A DNA stretch of 64,000 bases from Geosiphon pyriformis uo1 (taxonomy: Eukaryota; Fungi; Glomeromycota), in assembly GCA_016748015.1 (NCBI GenBank), contig JAAOMT010000617.1, positions 248,001-312,000 of the forward strand, read 5' to 3'. This document shows, piece after piece, positions 25,926 to 40,420 of the stretch. A model generated the notes under the pieces. That model had not been told where the DNA came from and did not search any database. It saw only the letters and a list, made by a program, of their open reading frames with translations. The position numbers and the translations under genes are program-made. Positions within the stretch are counted from its first letter, which is position 1. Every line of letters starts with the position of its first letter.

Positions 25926-28900
25926 TTATTCATCAGGTGTAACTTTAGTTCGATATTTTGCTAAGAGGCAACTCTCTAAAGTTTGAAGAAGATCAGCTTT
26001 CTTTTGTCCAGAGATGTCAATCCCAGCAGCATTAAGATAAGCTTTTAGCTCACGAACAGTCGCCTAGCAATAATAAGTTTGTGAACGCAGAGATGACAGT
26101 CAATTCTAGTTGCAAAGAAAAAAATTTTTTACTCACCTTTGAAGCCTGAAGAAGGAATGGAAAGAAAGTGAGAAAACGAATTAATCAAATATACCATCAA
26201 TATAAATGTCTTATACAGACCTTTCCTTCATTCCAGAGGGCTTCAACATCTGCTTCGCCTTTTGCAGTATCTTTGGATTTCGAAGCGCCGGTCTTTGGCT
26301 TGGATGGTTCAGGACTCAGTTCGTCACGCTTCACCTTTATTTCAGAAACTTTGAGAAGTACTTCATGATTAAATTCCTTTAGTTGTTCCCCACAATGCTT
26401 TGAAAGTTAAGATGAAAAGAAAGTTAAAATCCATAAAATGAAGATTCATCGAAAATTTTCTGAATAGTACCTTTCGAATAGCGATGTTTTTGGGCATGGT
26501 ACAATCATTCCCTATTTCAGGGAGTTGTTCTTCAAGGGCGATTGCTTGTAAAACTTCATAGAACCGATTCAAGGCTGTATAAAAAAGTTTAACAGGGCTT
26601 TAAATTCCCAAGAAATAAAGTCATATCAAAGTCCTAAGTTTACCTGGGTTTTTCATTTTTTCAGGAATGAAACCTCCCTTAATATTCAAGCCTCCAACAA
26701 CTGGAACCAATTTTTCATATAACTCCTTGGGAGCTTTTTAGACTTAATTATTGTCAAAAATTCAGGCACTCATAAAATGTTCAACTTGAAAAATGCTGAA
26801 AGTTTCAATACCAGCTGTAAGACTTTCTAGTCCTTCCGGTAGTGATCTGATGTCGTTAGCGTATGGTAAATAATGTAATTGCAGCCCGGGGGGATGAATT
26901 TGTACATCATTTTCATCGAGCTCCTCTTCCTTGATTTATAATATTTTATTGAGAATCGTATTATCACGAAAAAATTCATTTACAAACCTGCGGGATGAGC
27001 ACCCCAAATCGAGGAACGGATCCTTTCCGGTATCTGAAGAAACATATAGCAATTTTTTCCATCTCGAGCATTTTTTTGTGTAATGCAGCAAATGTACGTG
27101 TACTTCCTTCAAATTGCTATAAAGAAGAAAAATTCCAAATAAAAGTTGTAAATTTAGAAGGAGTTCGCACACTATAGCCTACCTCCTCGTCCGGATACAA
27201 AAAGTAAGGATGCGTGATATGATGATGAAATTTGAATCTGTTCGCAGGTTTAAATCCAAGCAGCGTTATTCCTACGTATGAAATTATGAATCACATTTGT
27301 GCTGAAAACTCACTATAAAACTTCATCATATTTAATGTATTCACTTACCTAATTCACCGAATTGCCGCAAATCGGCGATCTCTTCCGCTGTGAAGACAAC
27401 CTTCATTTACAATAAATTGTTTCAAAACATGTCCAATTCAAAAATAAAATGTTTCAATATGAGATAGCTCCATACCTTTGTACCGCCATAAGGAAAATAA
27501 TATTTAATGTCACAGTTTTCTAAAGGCGTTTCAGTATCCTATAGGTGCAATATAAAAACCTTAGAATAGGTCCCAAGCGCAAAATCAGAAAGAATTGATT
27601 GACTTACCGCACAAATATGAGTAGTTTTTGGTTTGGCCAATTTAATTACTTCAGCCTTCATGTGAGCCCAATGATGATAAGGCCTTTTCTTTTCGATACA
27701 TAGCGCATATCTGAGTTTTAAATTTAAATGAGTAGGCTAAAAAGCGAATTCAAACAAATTTATTATACTGACCCTTTCACTGAAATCAACAGGTCTTCGT
27801 CAGGAGCTAATCTCAAGACCGTGGAGAAAATAGAGCGTCGCGGGAATTCTTTAGCCATTATTCGTTTAACTAAAGAATCAAAACTTGGAGAGGTGCAAAT
27901 GTATTTTTTCTCCGAGAACTCATCATCGACCATGATCTCCTTTTATTAACACCCAGAATCAGCCAAATGATGCACATATATAATATTTTCGAAAGGATGA
28001 CTTACACTATAAAATTTGTAAAAATTAAATTTTTTATCCACGCGATTGACACTAAATAAATTGATCTGAATACCAAGTTCAGCCAAATCCTGTAAATAAA
28101 GATATTCAATAATATGTAAAATGAATTTGAAAAATTGATTGAGATTTCTTCTAAGCAAAAAATATTGTAGCTTGAATTCATACCTTGGCCCTTGTAATTG
28201 TGGCAGTGCGCAAGAAAAGGTTGTTTGGATGAGGGTTATCTTCATCAGTGATAAGAAATATCCGCTTTGTTTTAAATGAAGCGGATCTAAGTGGAAAACG
28301 GAATTTGAATGAAAAGCGCGGGTGGTAATTCAATCACTAGCTAAGCATACTCACAATTCTACGAGGGATTCTCTGCAAGAATTAAGGACATCACTGAGAT
28401 GAAATTCAGCAATATCAGATGATCCATAAACTTGTTCAAAATCAATTTCCCCTGTAGAAGATAAATAAAGATTAAGTTTAAAGTGATCTCTGTATTTCAT
28501 GCGAAATTCCGAATCCTATCATTAGTTACCTGCTGCAATCTCATTCAACTCCCGTATCTTATCTACATCAGGATAGTCAATATCCTGAAGCATGTAAATA
28601 TTTTTTGCGTCTATTTTATTTTTGGATACCCTCTACGAATTTAATGGATGATTCCCAAAGGATTACTAACTTTGAAGATACTTGAATGAAAATTCCAAAT
28701 ATTTCTTACCGTGTTGAAAAGCAAAACGCCTACATAGTCTTGAGTATGATCTATTATTTTATTTAAGTAGACCGTAGATGCACAGCGAATAGCTGAATGA
28801 AATGGTGTATCACCCGTTTCACCTTCTTCCAACATGGATGGAGAACAATCAATTGCAAAAAAGACCGCATCCCGATTTGTAGTATTGATTTTCTGTGATT

Positions 28901-29028
28901 GGATGGTATTCCATGAATGTATAATTTGAACACTAAAATCAAAGTAATGAGCCATAAATCAAAAGAGGGTAAACCTCAATATTTTGTGCCTCCATATAAT
29001 CATCCTCGTCAAGTTCGTTGTTTTCCAT
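25926..29028 (-). CDS. KU70: Ku70 (NHEJ DNA end-binding), about 18 exons
   Basis: vWA RDAVFFAIDCSPSML and KRIFLITDEDNP; core HPYFLYPDE, FEGSTRTFAAL, HYLPYANDIR; C-terminal SAP TVRELKAYL...KKADLL. Confidence 0.97.
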
Positions 29029-29518
29029 TGTCCAATATTTGTTTTGTATGAATTGTTTTGAATAAGACCTTTTTGTAAAATGGAGAAGAGGAGAATTTGA
29101 TGTGATTGATGACGATCAGCTGTTTACCGTATTTATCAGAAACTTCAGTCATTATGTTTTTGATGTGAGAAATTTGGCTAAAATAATTAGCATCTTTTAA
29201 AAGTTAAAATATTAGGTCTAATCATTGCACGTCCTAATATACTTAAACTTCCTAATAGGCATAAAATTCGATATTTTTAAGGGCTAAAGTATATATTCAG
29301 TATTTTTGCATGATATACTTGTGATCGTGATGTTGAATTGGGTTCAAAAGTATCTATTTATTTAAAGAAAATTTTAAAAATCAATCATTCTATCTAGCAA
29401 CTTGATTGACAACTAATTAACTGTTTTTCTGGTTCCGAATTCCAAGTTTGCTTTTGATAAATGTTATATTTAAACAAGTCGTATCTCCATTCCGTTTTCC
29501 AATGTAATTTCTTGAATC

Positions 29519-31333
29519 ATGAATGTTTTCAACTCCATGACGAAAAAGCAGAAGAAAGCGGCTAAAAGTCAACAAAATCAACAGCCTCAAGATGGTAAAA
29601 GGGATATTTCGTCATCTAAAAATATTGCTTCACCACTTAGTCCAAAATCCAAACGAACAAATGAAAACTTCCCGTCAAGTGAATCACAGGCTGCATTGAG
29701 TCCTTACTTGCTGTCAACAGCGATAAAAAAAGACAAGGAATCATATAAACCTGATCGAGATCTCGCGATCAAAGATTCCGGTGACCTTGGTGATTTCATA
29801 TCGCAAAAACCTCCGGCGACTTCAAATGGTTTAAAAACTACAATCGTGAATGACCGACCTCCATTAACACTAGCCGAAATAAACTCTAGGTCTAATGGTT
29901 TATCTTCAGCTCCAAATTCTTCTGTTACAATTGACATACATTTACCTGCTGAAGAGGACAAAAAACCAGTTCCCAAATCCCCGAGAGCGCTAAGCAATCA
30001 TGATATTGACCATCTTAATTTGGAAATTAAAAAGGAATTGCCTAGTGAAGGAAATGTCTCACCTCCAAGTTTTGATTTTGTATCGACTAAAGAAAAAAAT
30101 CACGAAATTCCATTACCGAAGTCACAAGAAGACTTGTTACCTAGTGCAGGAAGCAAGCTTGAAGAGCATCAGGAAGATTCTCAGGGCCAATTCGAGCAAA
30201 AAAAGTCTGACTCTAAAACAGAAGAGGTGGATAATAATGGATCCACTGTAGAAAAACTCTGGGCTAACACAGGGGATGGAGTGGGTGACGTTGAACCCTC
30301 AAATGACCAGTCTTGGGGTGAAAGCTTGGAAAATTCAAAAGTTTCTGAAAATCAGATAGGGAGAATAAATGAGAGTGCGCAGAGCAACGAAGCCTCTGAA
30401 TACGAATCTGGAGAAGACGGATCTACGAAGGAACAAAGGGTTGTCGATTTGCCTGAAAATTTTGAATCGCCAGCTTCCTTTATTCATGATCCTGAGAATT
30501 TTGAATTAGGTAAGGATAAGTCTAAAAAATTCAAAAGTTTGAAATATGGTCGAAATTTGTTAATTTTTACGTTGAGGATGAACATAAGCAAAGATGTACA
30601 AAGGCCAAAAATTCCACAATCTCTTCTATAATTTTTTTGGGATATAGATCGTGAAAAAGCTCTCCCAAATTTCACTCAAACCATAGTCACATCTGAGCCT
30701 ACGTCTGTCACGGATGACGATATCCCTTTTTTTGCAGACCCGTACCCTTTCACAGAAGAAAATGAAGTCGATGATGATCCCGGATCTTTGAGTAAAAAAG
30801 GTGAAAATTCTAAAATTACCTTACGTTTAATAGAGCCGTTCTATTTCTTAGGTAAAGAAGGAAGCATTTTTCAATTAAACAAGATGTTTCTTACCTTGAT
30901 GGAATGGTTTCTTGTCATTCTTTTTCGATATCACAGTAAGGTCAAAGAACCAAAGAGAATTTTGGCCCCGCATAAAACTTCCCCAAGATGAGGCAAATGG
31001 GCTACCCCCAAGTAATTGGGGTGGTGATGATGATGAAACATGTAAGCTTCTTTTGACTTTTGAAAAATTTTATGCTTATTAATCTCTGATTAAACACCAG
31101 GGGCAAATTATCCTGAAGGGAAGAAAAGAAAAAAGGAGAACATAAACGATTCACGATTAGTTAAACTGGAACCTCGTGCAGTTATCCTTTCTCAAATAGC
31201 TTATTATACGGATGAGATTGTACGCGCGGCAAGTGAAACCATTGAGAAATATATTGACGACGTTATTGGGTTGCCAGTCAGTAGGTGGCTCTTGTACTGG
31301 TTTACTTTGGCTAGTTGGTATTCAGTTGAGTAG
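29519..31333 (+). CDS. Hypothetical low-complexity S/E/K-rich protein with a folded-looking hydrophobic C-terminus
   Basis: Long first exon (donor ~30509), further GT-AG exons. Last exon reads WANYPEGKK...AVILSQIAYYTDEIV...RWLLYWFTLASWYSVE*. Middle exon borders uncertain. Confidence 0.7.
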
Positions 31334-31999
31334 GGTCGGGAAATAAAATTTCGCGAGCTAGCATAATATAATACCAATGTCTATAAGAGTCAATTTTTAT
31401 GAATCTTTATAGTTAATCTCCTAAGACGATAAATTATATTATTGAGTTTGTGATATTTAAAATGGATTTTTCTTTAGAAAAATTATCCATCATGATTAGA
31501 CATAAGCCCTTCAAAACATGTTAGATGTCAAATATTGAAACTGGATTGAGGTAAAAGCAGCTAATTTATGCTTTGAAATCTCTAGGATTATAAACGTAGC
31601 AATAAAAATTTCAATTTCTTGAAAAAATATAATTTAGTACTCGGTTTGAGAAACTAAATTTATGTAGCTTTTTTAGTTTTTAAAGATGAAAATTCTAAAG
31701 AGAAATTATTAAGTTAAACGATAATTAGTTCACCAGGATGATAGAACACGAATTTGAAAACTTAAAGATCGATAGGGGAAAATAGAACATATACAACTTA
31801 TCTAAATCAAATTGGTTTGTTATTCTCAATTGCGACCAGCATAGGAAAAATCGAATATTTTTGAATTTTAAACTAAAAATGAAATGAAATTTTTTTCAAA
31901 TAAGACAAATCACTGTATTTTTTGATAAAATTAGATTAATTCAAAAAAAAAGTTTGCTTAAAAATTCAAGGAAAATCAAGTGTCAATTTTCTTATTTTG

Positions 32000-33500
32000 A
32001 CTTTATTGAATGGCTTACTTGATAAAATTAGTTATTCATAAAATTTTTTTAAAAAAAAGAAACTTGACAAATTATATAAGTAATTACATTAATTAGATTT
32101 TAATTTTTTCTTTTAATGTGCATTTTATAACTTTCAAAAAATTGTGGTTTAAAAAAAAGTGCAAACATTTATGTCTTTAAATTAAAGCCAAATTTTGCAT
32201 TTTTTTCTTTTTCTTAATTTATAGTTGTTAAAATTAAGAATTTTTTATTATTTATTAATTTGTTATTTTGTTTTGTAATATAAATGAGGTGTTTTCTGTA
32301 AATTTGTTAAAATTTATTTCTAATGCATATTTTAAAAAAAATTAAACAAAAATTTAAAATTGGTTTTTTTTACAAACATTTACTTAAAACTTATATTATT
32401 GATTTTAATTTATCTTTTCAATTATATCTATTTGAAAACAACAAGAAAACAAAATAATTGCATAAATTAACTACTTTATTCAATTATTTTTAATCAAATT
32501 CCAATTTTAAATAAAATTTAAAATTTCCAAAAAAAAACAGTTATTAAACAGTTTTTATTTTAAAAAAAAAATTATTATTATCAAAAATTATTACAAATTC
32601 AACTAATAATAACAACATATTATTAGCTTTTTAAAACATTTAAACTGTTTTTAATTAATATGATAAGACACATTTTTTAATATATTTATAAAAAATTTAA
32701 AATTTTCCAGCAACATATTTAACAAAAAAATATCTATTTTTAACTTATTAGTAAAAAATTAAGAGTGTATTCCAAATGCTTTTCTTTTTATTATTTTTTA
32801 AACAAATAAATTAAATATTTTCATGATTTTTTGTATACAAAATTGTTAATTATAATATAACAAATTACAAATTTTTTTTATTAGTTATATAAGTAAAATT
32901 TTTTAAAGCTGTAAAAAAGCATTTATCAATATCTAAACACATTTAAATATTTTAAAATAAAGAATTAATTACTTTTTTAATATTATGTTAAATAAAATAA
33001 CTATTAAAGATATTTTAATTAGCTGTTATCAAATTTTAAGAGTGCTAACTAAAGCATAAATTATAATAGTTGTATTATTTTTATTGACAATAATAAACTA
33101 TTTTTCAATTTTCAATTTTTTTTGAAATGATTAATGACTGTGATTTTGAAACTGACACATATTAATTGAATCATTTACAAATTTGATTTGCTCTCTTATT
33201 AAGATTTATTTTTGTTAAATTTATATTATTTTTAGTTACTTTTTTTTGTACTATCTATTAACTATTTACTCTAATCTGTAGCAATATTAAAAATTAGGTT
33301 AAATTTAAAAAACAATAAAAATTCAATTAAAGTTAATTACATTATTAATAAAATAAAAGGTTTAAAAATTTCAAGTTTATTTTTTGAATTTTGGACTTTT
33401 TCTGTTTAAATATATAAAATAATAAATTTTAATTATTTTCAAAAACATTTGTATCATAAACTAATACAAATTCAAATTTGAAATAATAAATCTATCAAAA
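32000..33500. mobile_element. Hypermutated AT-rich repeat relic, unclassified
   Basis: Virtually no CpG; composition like the other relics. Confidence 0.4.
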
Positions 33501-34148
33501 ATCCTAATCATCGATAAATTAAATAATTGCTGGTAAAATCAAAAATTCCTTATTAATAATTTATAACTTTATTTTTGATTACTATAGTTAAAAGCTATAT
33601 AATTTACTGAATGTCATCAAATATTATTTTAATTCATATATTTGATAATTGCTAGTTCCGAAAATCGATTAATAATTGTAAAATTCAAGATTAATTGTAA
33701 TTATGGAAAAAGCCAATTAAATTTATTAAATGGCAAAATGTAAAATTTTATTTTTAATATTTATACACACGCAATTTTTCAAAACCACAATAGTTCGAAA
33801 TAGATTTGAAGAGCTACATTTTTGATTTCCAAAATACCAAATCATGAGCATATTGAAAAAAATGTTAATTAAGTTTTCACAAGAAAATTTATAAACTAAG
33901 AAAGAAAAAATGATGATATATCGATGTAATAATAAACTTAAACAGTTTAAATCGATTTTTGGCCCATAATAAGAAATCCACTCCACCTGACCTTCTGTGG
34001 ATAAGAATTTTTGCTGGAAAATAGGCTATGTGCATAGGAAGTACAGGTGGGAATTATTATTTTAAATCTTTGTGTTACTTATGTAATCATAAAAATTATA
34101 AATGCATCAGTTTTCAATAATGATCCACATTTTTTTATTTTAGTTACC

Positions 34149-34911
34149 ATGTCCACCGTTACTTTCACATCTCTACCCAACGAAATTTTGCTAGAAATAT
34201 TTAAAAAATGTTTGGTTGACCCAGAGTAAGTATTTAGTACCTGAAGAATCGAACTTGAAAATTTTTGCCACGGATTCGTTCTCTACCAAATTCAACTCTT
34301 TTATCCGCATCTTTGTTAATGAAAACATTCTGAATTTCAACAGTGGATATTTAGAATTATGGAGGCTTCAAACCGTATCGAAGAAATGGCGCAACTTGAT
34401 TCGGTTGGTCGTGGCCGAAACTCTATTAGAGAAGCAAACATGGCAAATTAAAATTTTGGTAACATAAAAATCTTTTAATTTAAATAAAAAGTTGTTTTGA
34501 TATAAAAACTGCAAGTTTCACCAATTTTACAAATCAAAGGATAGAATCGCTCCAAATCAAAAAAATGGTGGTCCTTTTTCACTTCAAACAATATATTCAT
34601 TAACTGACGCCCAAGGTTACTTCACATTCATACCAAAACCCCCTAATACCGTAGTAAAATATGAAACTAGCAATCTGAATTGGTCTGTGGCTTTGAGATT
34701 CTCAAGGTCACCTACTGATATAGCTTATTTTTACTTGTCGGATTTGCAACATTGTCCATGGCGTATTCCACTAGAGATGAAATGTGCAAATAGGCATAAA
34801 GGCGCCATGTTGAATTATATTTACGAAAAAGGAATTACTCAAGACAAGTTTGAATTTCACTCGATTAAAGTGAGGCCGGATGTTCTTTTTCGGTTTCCAA
34901 GACATGGATGA
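34149..34911 (+). CDS. F-box domain protein (3 exons)
   Basis: FTSLPNEILLEIFKK...LWRLQTVSKKWRNLI across GT-AG introns. Confidence 0.85.
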
Positions 34912-36140
34912 AATTCGATCCAAATTTGAGCTTCTATAAGATTGTTTCAGGAAAGTAGGATCACGATCTGGTTGACGTCAACAAAAAATTGCAAAATTTG
35001 GCTCACAATTACGATCATCTTTTGGGTTTCTCATTTGAAGAACTGAAAGCCGATATTTCATAATATTACATTATATGTGAGGTAAGAGGCTCTTAAGATT
35101 TCAACTCTTCTTTTTTACTTGATTAAGTAATAATGAAAAAAAAAATTTTTTTCTCAAGATTTTGGAGTAACAAGAATACAATAGATATAGATAATTTAAA
35201 CAGAGGGCTAGGATGATGTGGCTCAAATAGTGCAGGTCACAAAAACCAAATCTTATGCGATACTTTTATTACTATATGGTGAAGGTTTTGTATTGAATTA
35301 TTTTTATAATCAGCATTATATGTTGAAAACAAAAATTTTATATTAAACAATAGTCATCTAATTAAGCACGGTTTTCAAATAAAATTGGGGGTTCTGTTAT
35401 TTTCAAATTGTTGGTAGAACAGGTGAAAAAAGTCGGGGGTTTTCCTTTAATCGCTTTTTCAAACTTGAGTTTTCACATAGAAATAAACCATCAATTTATA
35501 TTCGGTTACAAATTTATAATGAGCAACAATTTTCCTATTTTATGCGTAGTCGTCCACAGATCAAAATTTTATTTTCATCTCGATATAGAATTTAATTTAT
35601 TGAGATGTAGAATTCTATCAGGATGAAAAGAAAAATATTCGATAGCTGGAATGATCTGATGAGAAAGCAAAAATATAAGTTGTTTGAGAGTCAAAAGTAC
35701 CGTTAAAACACGATAAAATCTTTTTATTTTTGAGTTTTATGATGGCTAACAGAATTGCTTTTGATTTCACTCAATTCATGAACATTTAATTGACAGAGAC
35801 AAAAAAATCATACTCTTTGATCTTAGTTACAATTCTCAGTATCAAAAAGATCCACCAATATACTCTACAAAATATGTGTAATTTGGGAAAATTTTCAAGA
35901 ATTCATGTAGCCAAAAATATTTTACAATTTGGAAAGATTTTTTTTTTAATTAAATTCTAATTTTATTACTAATAAATAAGATAATCAAAATTAGAAAAAA
36001 ATGATTTGTGTTTAAAAATTGCGATTTGTGAAGTATTCTTTTATTCGAATTTAAATAAAATAAATTCTGAATCAAAAGTCAAACTTTAATGGAAAAAAAC
36101 TATAACTCCCAAATTTAAATAATTTTATACAGTAAGTTAA

Positions 36141-36423
36141 GTTAATGAATGTTTGGGATTTTTACCACAGGATAAAAAAAAGTATGGCGAAAATCCGGTA
36201 TGTTTGATTTTTATTTTTTAAAAAAGCTTTTATAGAGAATCCTAATTTATTATATTACTTTAAGTGCTGTTTAGTAAATATAAAATAATTTTATTTCATT
36301 AATCTTCCTTTCTAGGAATGTAATTTAGCCACTAATGGTAAAGGAACAAGAGTTCATTTCGGCCCTTATTTTGAAGTGACATTTGGAAATTGTGAATATC
36401 ATTATCTTATTGTTAGAAATTAG
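36141..36423 (+). pseudogene. 3' fragment of a class-3 lipase paralogue
   Basis: VNECLGF...YGENP, then an intron, then ECNLATNG...HFGPYFEVTFGNC. Matches the C-terminus of the neighbouring lipase (CNG...HNGPYFGYRMGIC). No upstream exons seen. Confidence 0.65.
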
Positions 36424-38179
36424 ATGTAAAATTTTGCAAAAAGTTTAGAAACTGTGAAGAAGAGAAAATATCTTGAATAATTCTAAATCAAAGAAAAATT
36501 TCATATTGTATTTTGAATAAATGTGTTTACTCTTTTTAGTTTTGAAATGGAATAAGTTTGCGACGATTTTATTACAAAAATACTTTTAGTTTCTTTAACG
36601 ATCCAAATTAGATATTATAATATATTCTGTATGGTTTTTGACTTTTCTCATATTGATATAAAAATTTATCTTCTTTCTCAAAGAGATATAAAAATTTTTT
36701 TATACACAATTGTAGTTTATGATACACTTTGCTAATGAATCATTGATCTAATTCACGAGATATGTCTCTAAAAAACATTTTAACATTCTTATAGAAAAAA
36801 TTCTAGAAAATTCCATTGAAATGAAAGCAAACAAATTAATTTCATATAAAACATAAAGCAAATTGTTGAAAAAGTTAAATTAAAAATAGCTTAACCCTAG
36901 TACTAGTGAAGAAAAGCCAGAAAAGTTCTTTTTTGCTAAAGGATCAAGTTTTCTTAAAATTGATGATGAATATAGTTAAATTAGAGAGTTACCTTAAAAA
37001 TTTTACAAACTCTGTCACATTTTCTTTTCTACATATTCCTTCAAGTTCTTTTGCTTTTTATAAAGGATATTGAGAATCTCTTTTCATTTTTTCAAAATTT
37101 GAAACAGTGTTTATGGCCCTATAAAAGTACATTTGTCTGAGCAAAGAATTGCTTTCATTTCTGGGGATAAAATGTTTAAATGGGTCAAAAAACATTTTCC
37201 ATATTATTTAATGAACAATTGTTTAAGTATAAAAATTCTGACTTTAAATTCCAAAAGAGAGTTTTTTTTTTTGAATAATTGATGCGTTATTATTATTATT
37301 ATATACAGTATGTACATCTAGATCAAAAATATATCTTAATATGGCTTTTTTTAATTTTAAATTTTTTGCTTATAATATTATAATAAATTTAGAGAGGAGA
37401 TTTCTAGTAGTTGAGCCAATTCAGGTGTAAAAAAAAGTTTTTAAAGCTAATTTATAAAAAATTTCATTTAATGAAGAAAAAATAAGATTAATTTAATACT
37501 TATCTCTAGTAGGTGATATAAAAACTACTAATTAAAGAGATTTATCTTATTTTCAATTTAGAAATTTATTTGATCATTCGACTGTATGTCTAAAAAAATT
37601 TTTGAATCTAAAAGCATGGGGAGTGAAGAATTCTCACTATTAAAAATAATAATTATGCAATTTTGTATGTTTAAAGGGGGATGGTGGGGGGGAGGTCTAC
37701 AGAAAATTTATGTTAGGCCGAGAAATTTCAAGCTGGAATGGTGTCATCATAACACGACATAGACTTTTTATTTTAAAGAATCACCAAAATGGAAAGGTTC
37801 TAGAATATAGAGTATGTATTCAATAATTAAATCGAAAGATCTCTTCCTTAAACTCATCCAGCTGTATTGCTAAAGAACTTATAGTTTGTTACTTCTCCTT
37901 TGAATATTTAAAAATTTGGAATTTGACTTTTTCTATTTTTGTTGAAAAAAAAAACAATTATATAGTTTCTTTGAAAAAAGATTATTATTCGGTTTAAAAG
38001 AATAATTAAACAACAAATTTTTGAACTTTTAGTGAGAATACTAAACCATCTCATTGGAAAGGGAATTTCCTTCAAATAATGAAAATATTTTATTTATTTT
38101 AAAAATAAGTACTTTTAATAGCTGCTACTTGATTAATATTTTGGTGAAAAAAAAATTTGAACTATGAAATTCCTTGAAA

Positions 38180-39309
38180 CTAGGTTTGGCAAATTCCCAT
38201 TCGATATCCAAAGTAAGGACCATTATGCGCAGTACTTTCCATATCCCAATGATTAGTGAGACCATTACAATTCTATGAAAAAAGTAATTTCCCTCTTATC
38301 AAATAATTTTTTTAAGATAATTTTATAAAGAAAATACATTCACTTACCGATCCTGCGTTTAATTCAGTGGAACATAGATATACTTTCTCAATATCTGGAC
38401 AGTCACAATCGATTGAAATCCAAATTTCAGGCCTTGGATGAACCCATATAGAGGTGTAGTCACTTTTAGGCAACCGAGGTATATAGTCGTCCGTGTGAGT
38501 AATGCGATAGTAATTTAAGTTTTCCTCTTTTAATTTTTCAACCGTTAAAGCAAACTGAAAATCACCAATATGCGGTTGTCCAAAAGTGAAAACTTGATAT
38601 TTAAAATAATTAATTTTCTGGGCCAGAAAAAATCCCGCCATTAATGCGTAGGCTAAATTTAAGAATGAAACTATTAAAATAAAGACCTTTGAATTGAAGA
38701 ACTTGAAGCTAAGAATTCAATCTTACCCCCTCCAATACTATGTCCAATAAAGTTTATTTTGTCTAATTTTTTTTTATATTTACTAAAATTATAAATATTT
38801 CTAAGAATGATTGTGACTAAAGGGTCATAAATAATTGAAAATTGTTTATAAAAAACCCTATCAACTTCTATATTGGGATAATTTCGTAGTCTACTCATAG
38901 AATAGGTTTTATCCAACCATTGCTTTTTTGTAAACTCGATTCCACTGAATGAAACCCAAGCTTCTAATTTACCAGAATGATTGGGTAATATATAAGTTTG
39001 ACCTATAATATTTAAAAGAGATTTAGTTTTAATTTTTTTTTTCTAGAATGAAGAATAACATCTTAAAAAAAAGAAAATCAATGATAATTCACTATATATT
39101 CCCAGACTAATTTCTTCCATTTGGTTATGACAATAAGATATACTTGTCAATTCTGCTGCTTTATGAAAATAAAAAAATAGTCCAGGATTAGTTTTTGCTG
39201 ACAAGAGAACTTTTATACTAGTTGATTGAACTATAAAAAGAAATGCTAATATTAAAATAGTTTTATTAGTGAATATTGGGAAAAAGTATATTTTTTGACA
39301 AGAAAACAT
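38180..39309 (-). CDS. Class-3 lipase, probably secreted (4 exons)
   Basis: GHSIGGAYA nucleophile elbow, FTFGQPHIGD, YRITHTDDYIPRLP, HPRPEIWI, HNGPYFG; hydrophobic N-terminus. Confidence 0.92.
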
Positions 39310-40059
39310 TTTCTTTAAAATTAATAGTAATATTTTTAAGTTTTAATAATTCTTTTAAAGCCGAAATAATTATATATGTATATATATATAAATATTCTGG
39401 GAAACGCGAAAGGTAAGCTAAAACTCATTTTTCAATGTATACAAAATCGGATAAACCTATTTTATATACTGTTAATTGTATATAAACAAAGTATCCTATA
39501 AAATTTAAACTGTTATTCGTAACCGGTTATTAATTGAAACACTATAGGTCAATTTTACAAAAAATTTTTACGGAATAATTTAATACACTCTTTTTTAAAC
39601 TTTTTTTTTTCATTAATAAAACAAGTTAATACAAAGAAAATATATAAAAAATGTTTAAAAACTTGAATACAAAAATATTTTTTAAATTGTTAAAAACAGT
39701 AAAATTTCTTATTTAATGAATCATAAGTGAGAAGAAAGTTTTCAAATTTATTTTTTTATTTATTTTTATAAAGAAAATTAAATGTGTATCCCTTCAACCA
39801 AAATCACATTTAATAAAATTATTTTACTTTGTACATTTTAAAATATATTCTTTTTTATAATTTTAAATTTTAATAATTAAAAAATTGAAATCTCATTCAT
39901 AATTTATTTCGTAAAAAAAACTTTTTATATATTAAACAATTCTCTTTTACTACTCATTTTGCCTAAATCAAAATGAAATGGTTTTTTTTTGGTAAGATTA
40001 ATAATAAACATATTATTTCCCGAATTTATAGGCGAATAAAAATGGTCTAATTGAATTCG

Positions 40060-40420
40060 TAATATTCCCAAGGTATTTTACCACCACCAAAAAGCTATGA
40101 TGAATTTCATTGATATGGCAAAATCATCTGATTGATAATATTTATATCTGATAAAATAAAATGAATATAAACATAAAAAACAAAGATAATTCCGAATATT
40201 ATTCTTTGGGATATTTATCAGAAATCCTTCCACAATAAAATTTTTTTTATGGATCTAAAACAAGAAAATTCAATATCTCAAAAAGGAACAAGTTTATTAC
40301 CTGATTCTTTATATTATCGATATCTTATTTTTCTCTTGCTAATCCTTAAAAGAATTCAAAAAAAAGAGAAATTCCTGAAAAATAAGACGTATCTCAAACT
40401 CAACAATTGGGTAAAGCTCT
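40060..40420 (+). pseudogene. Possible decayed HMG-box (MATA-HMG-like) gene
   Basis: LPPPKSYDEF/IDMAKS (frameshift), then KIIPNIILWDIYQKSFHNK...LKQENSISQK. Weak resemblance only. Confidence 0.25.
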
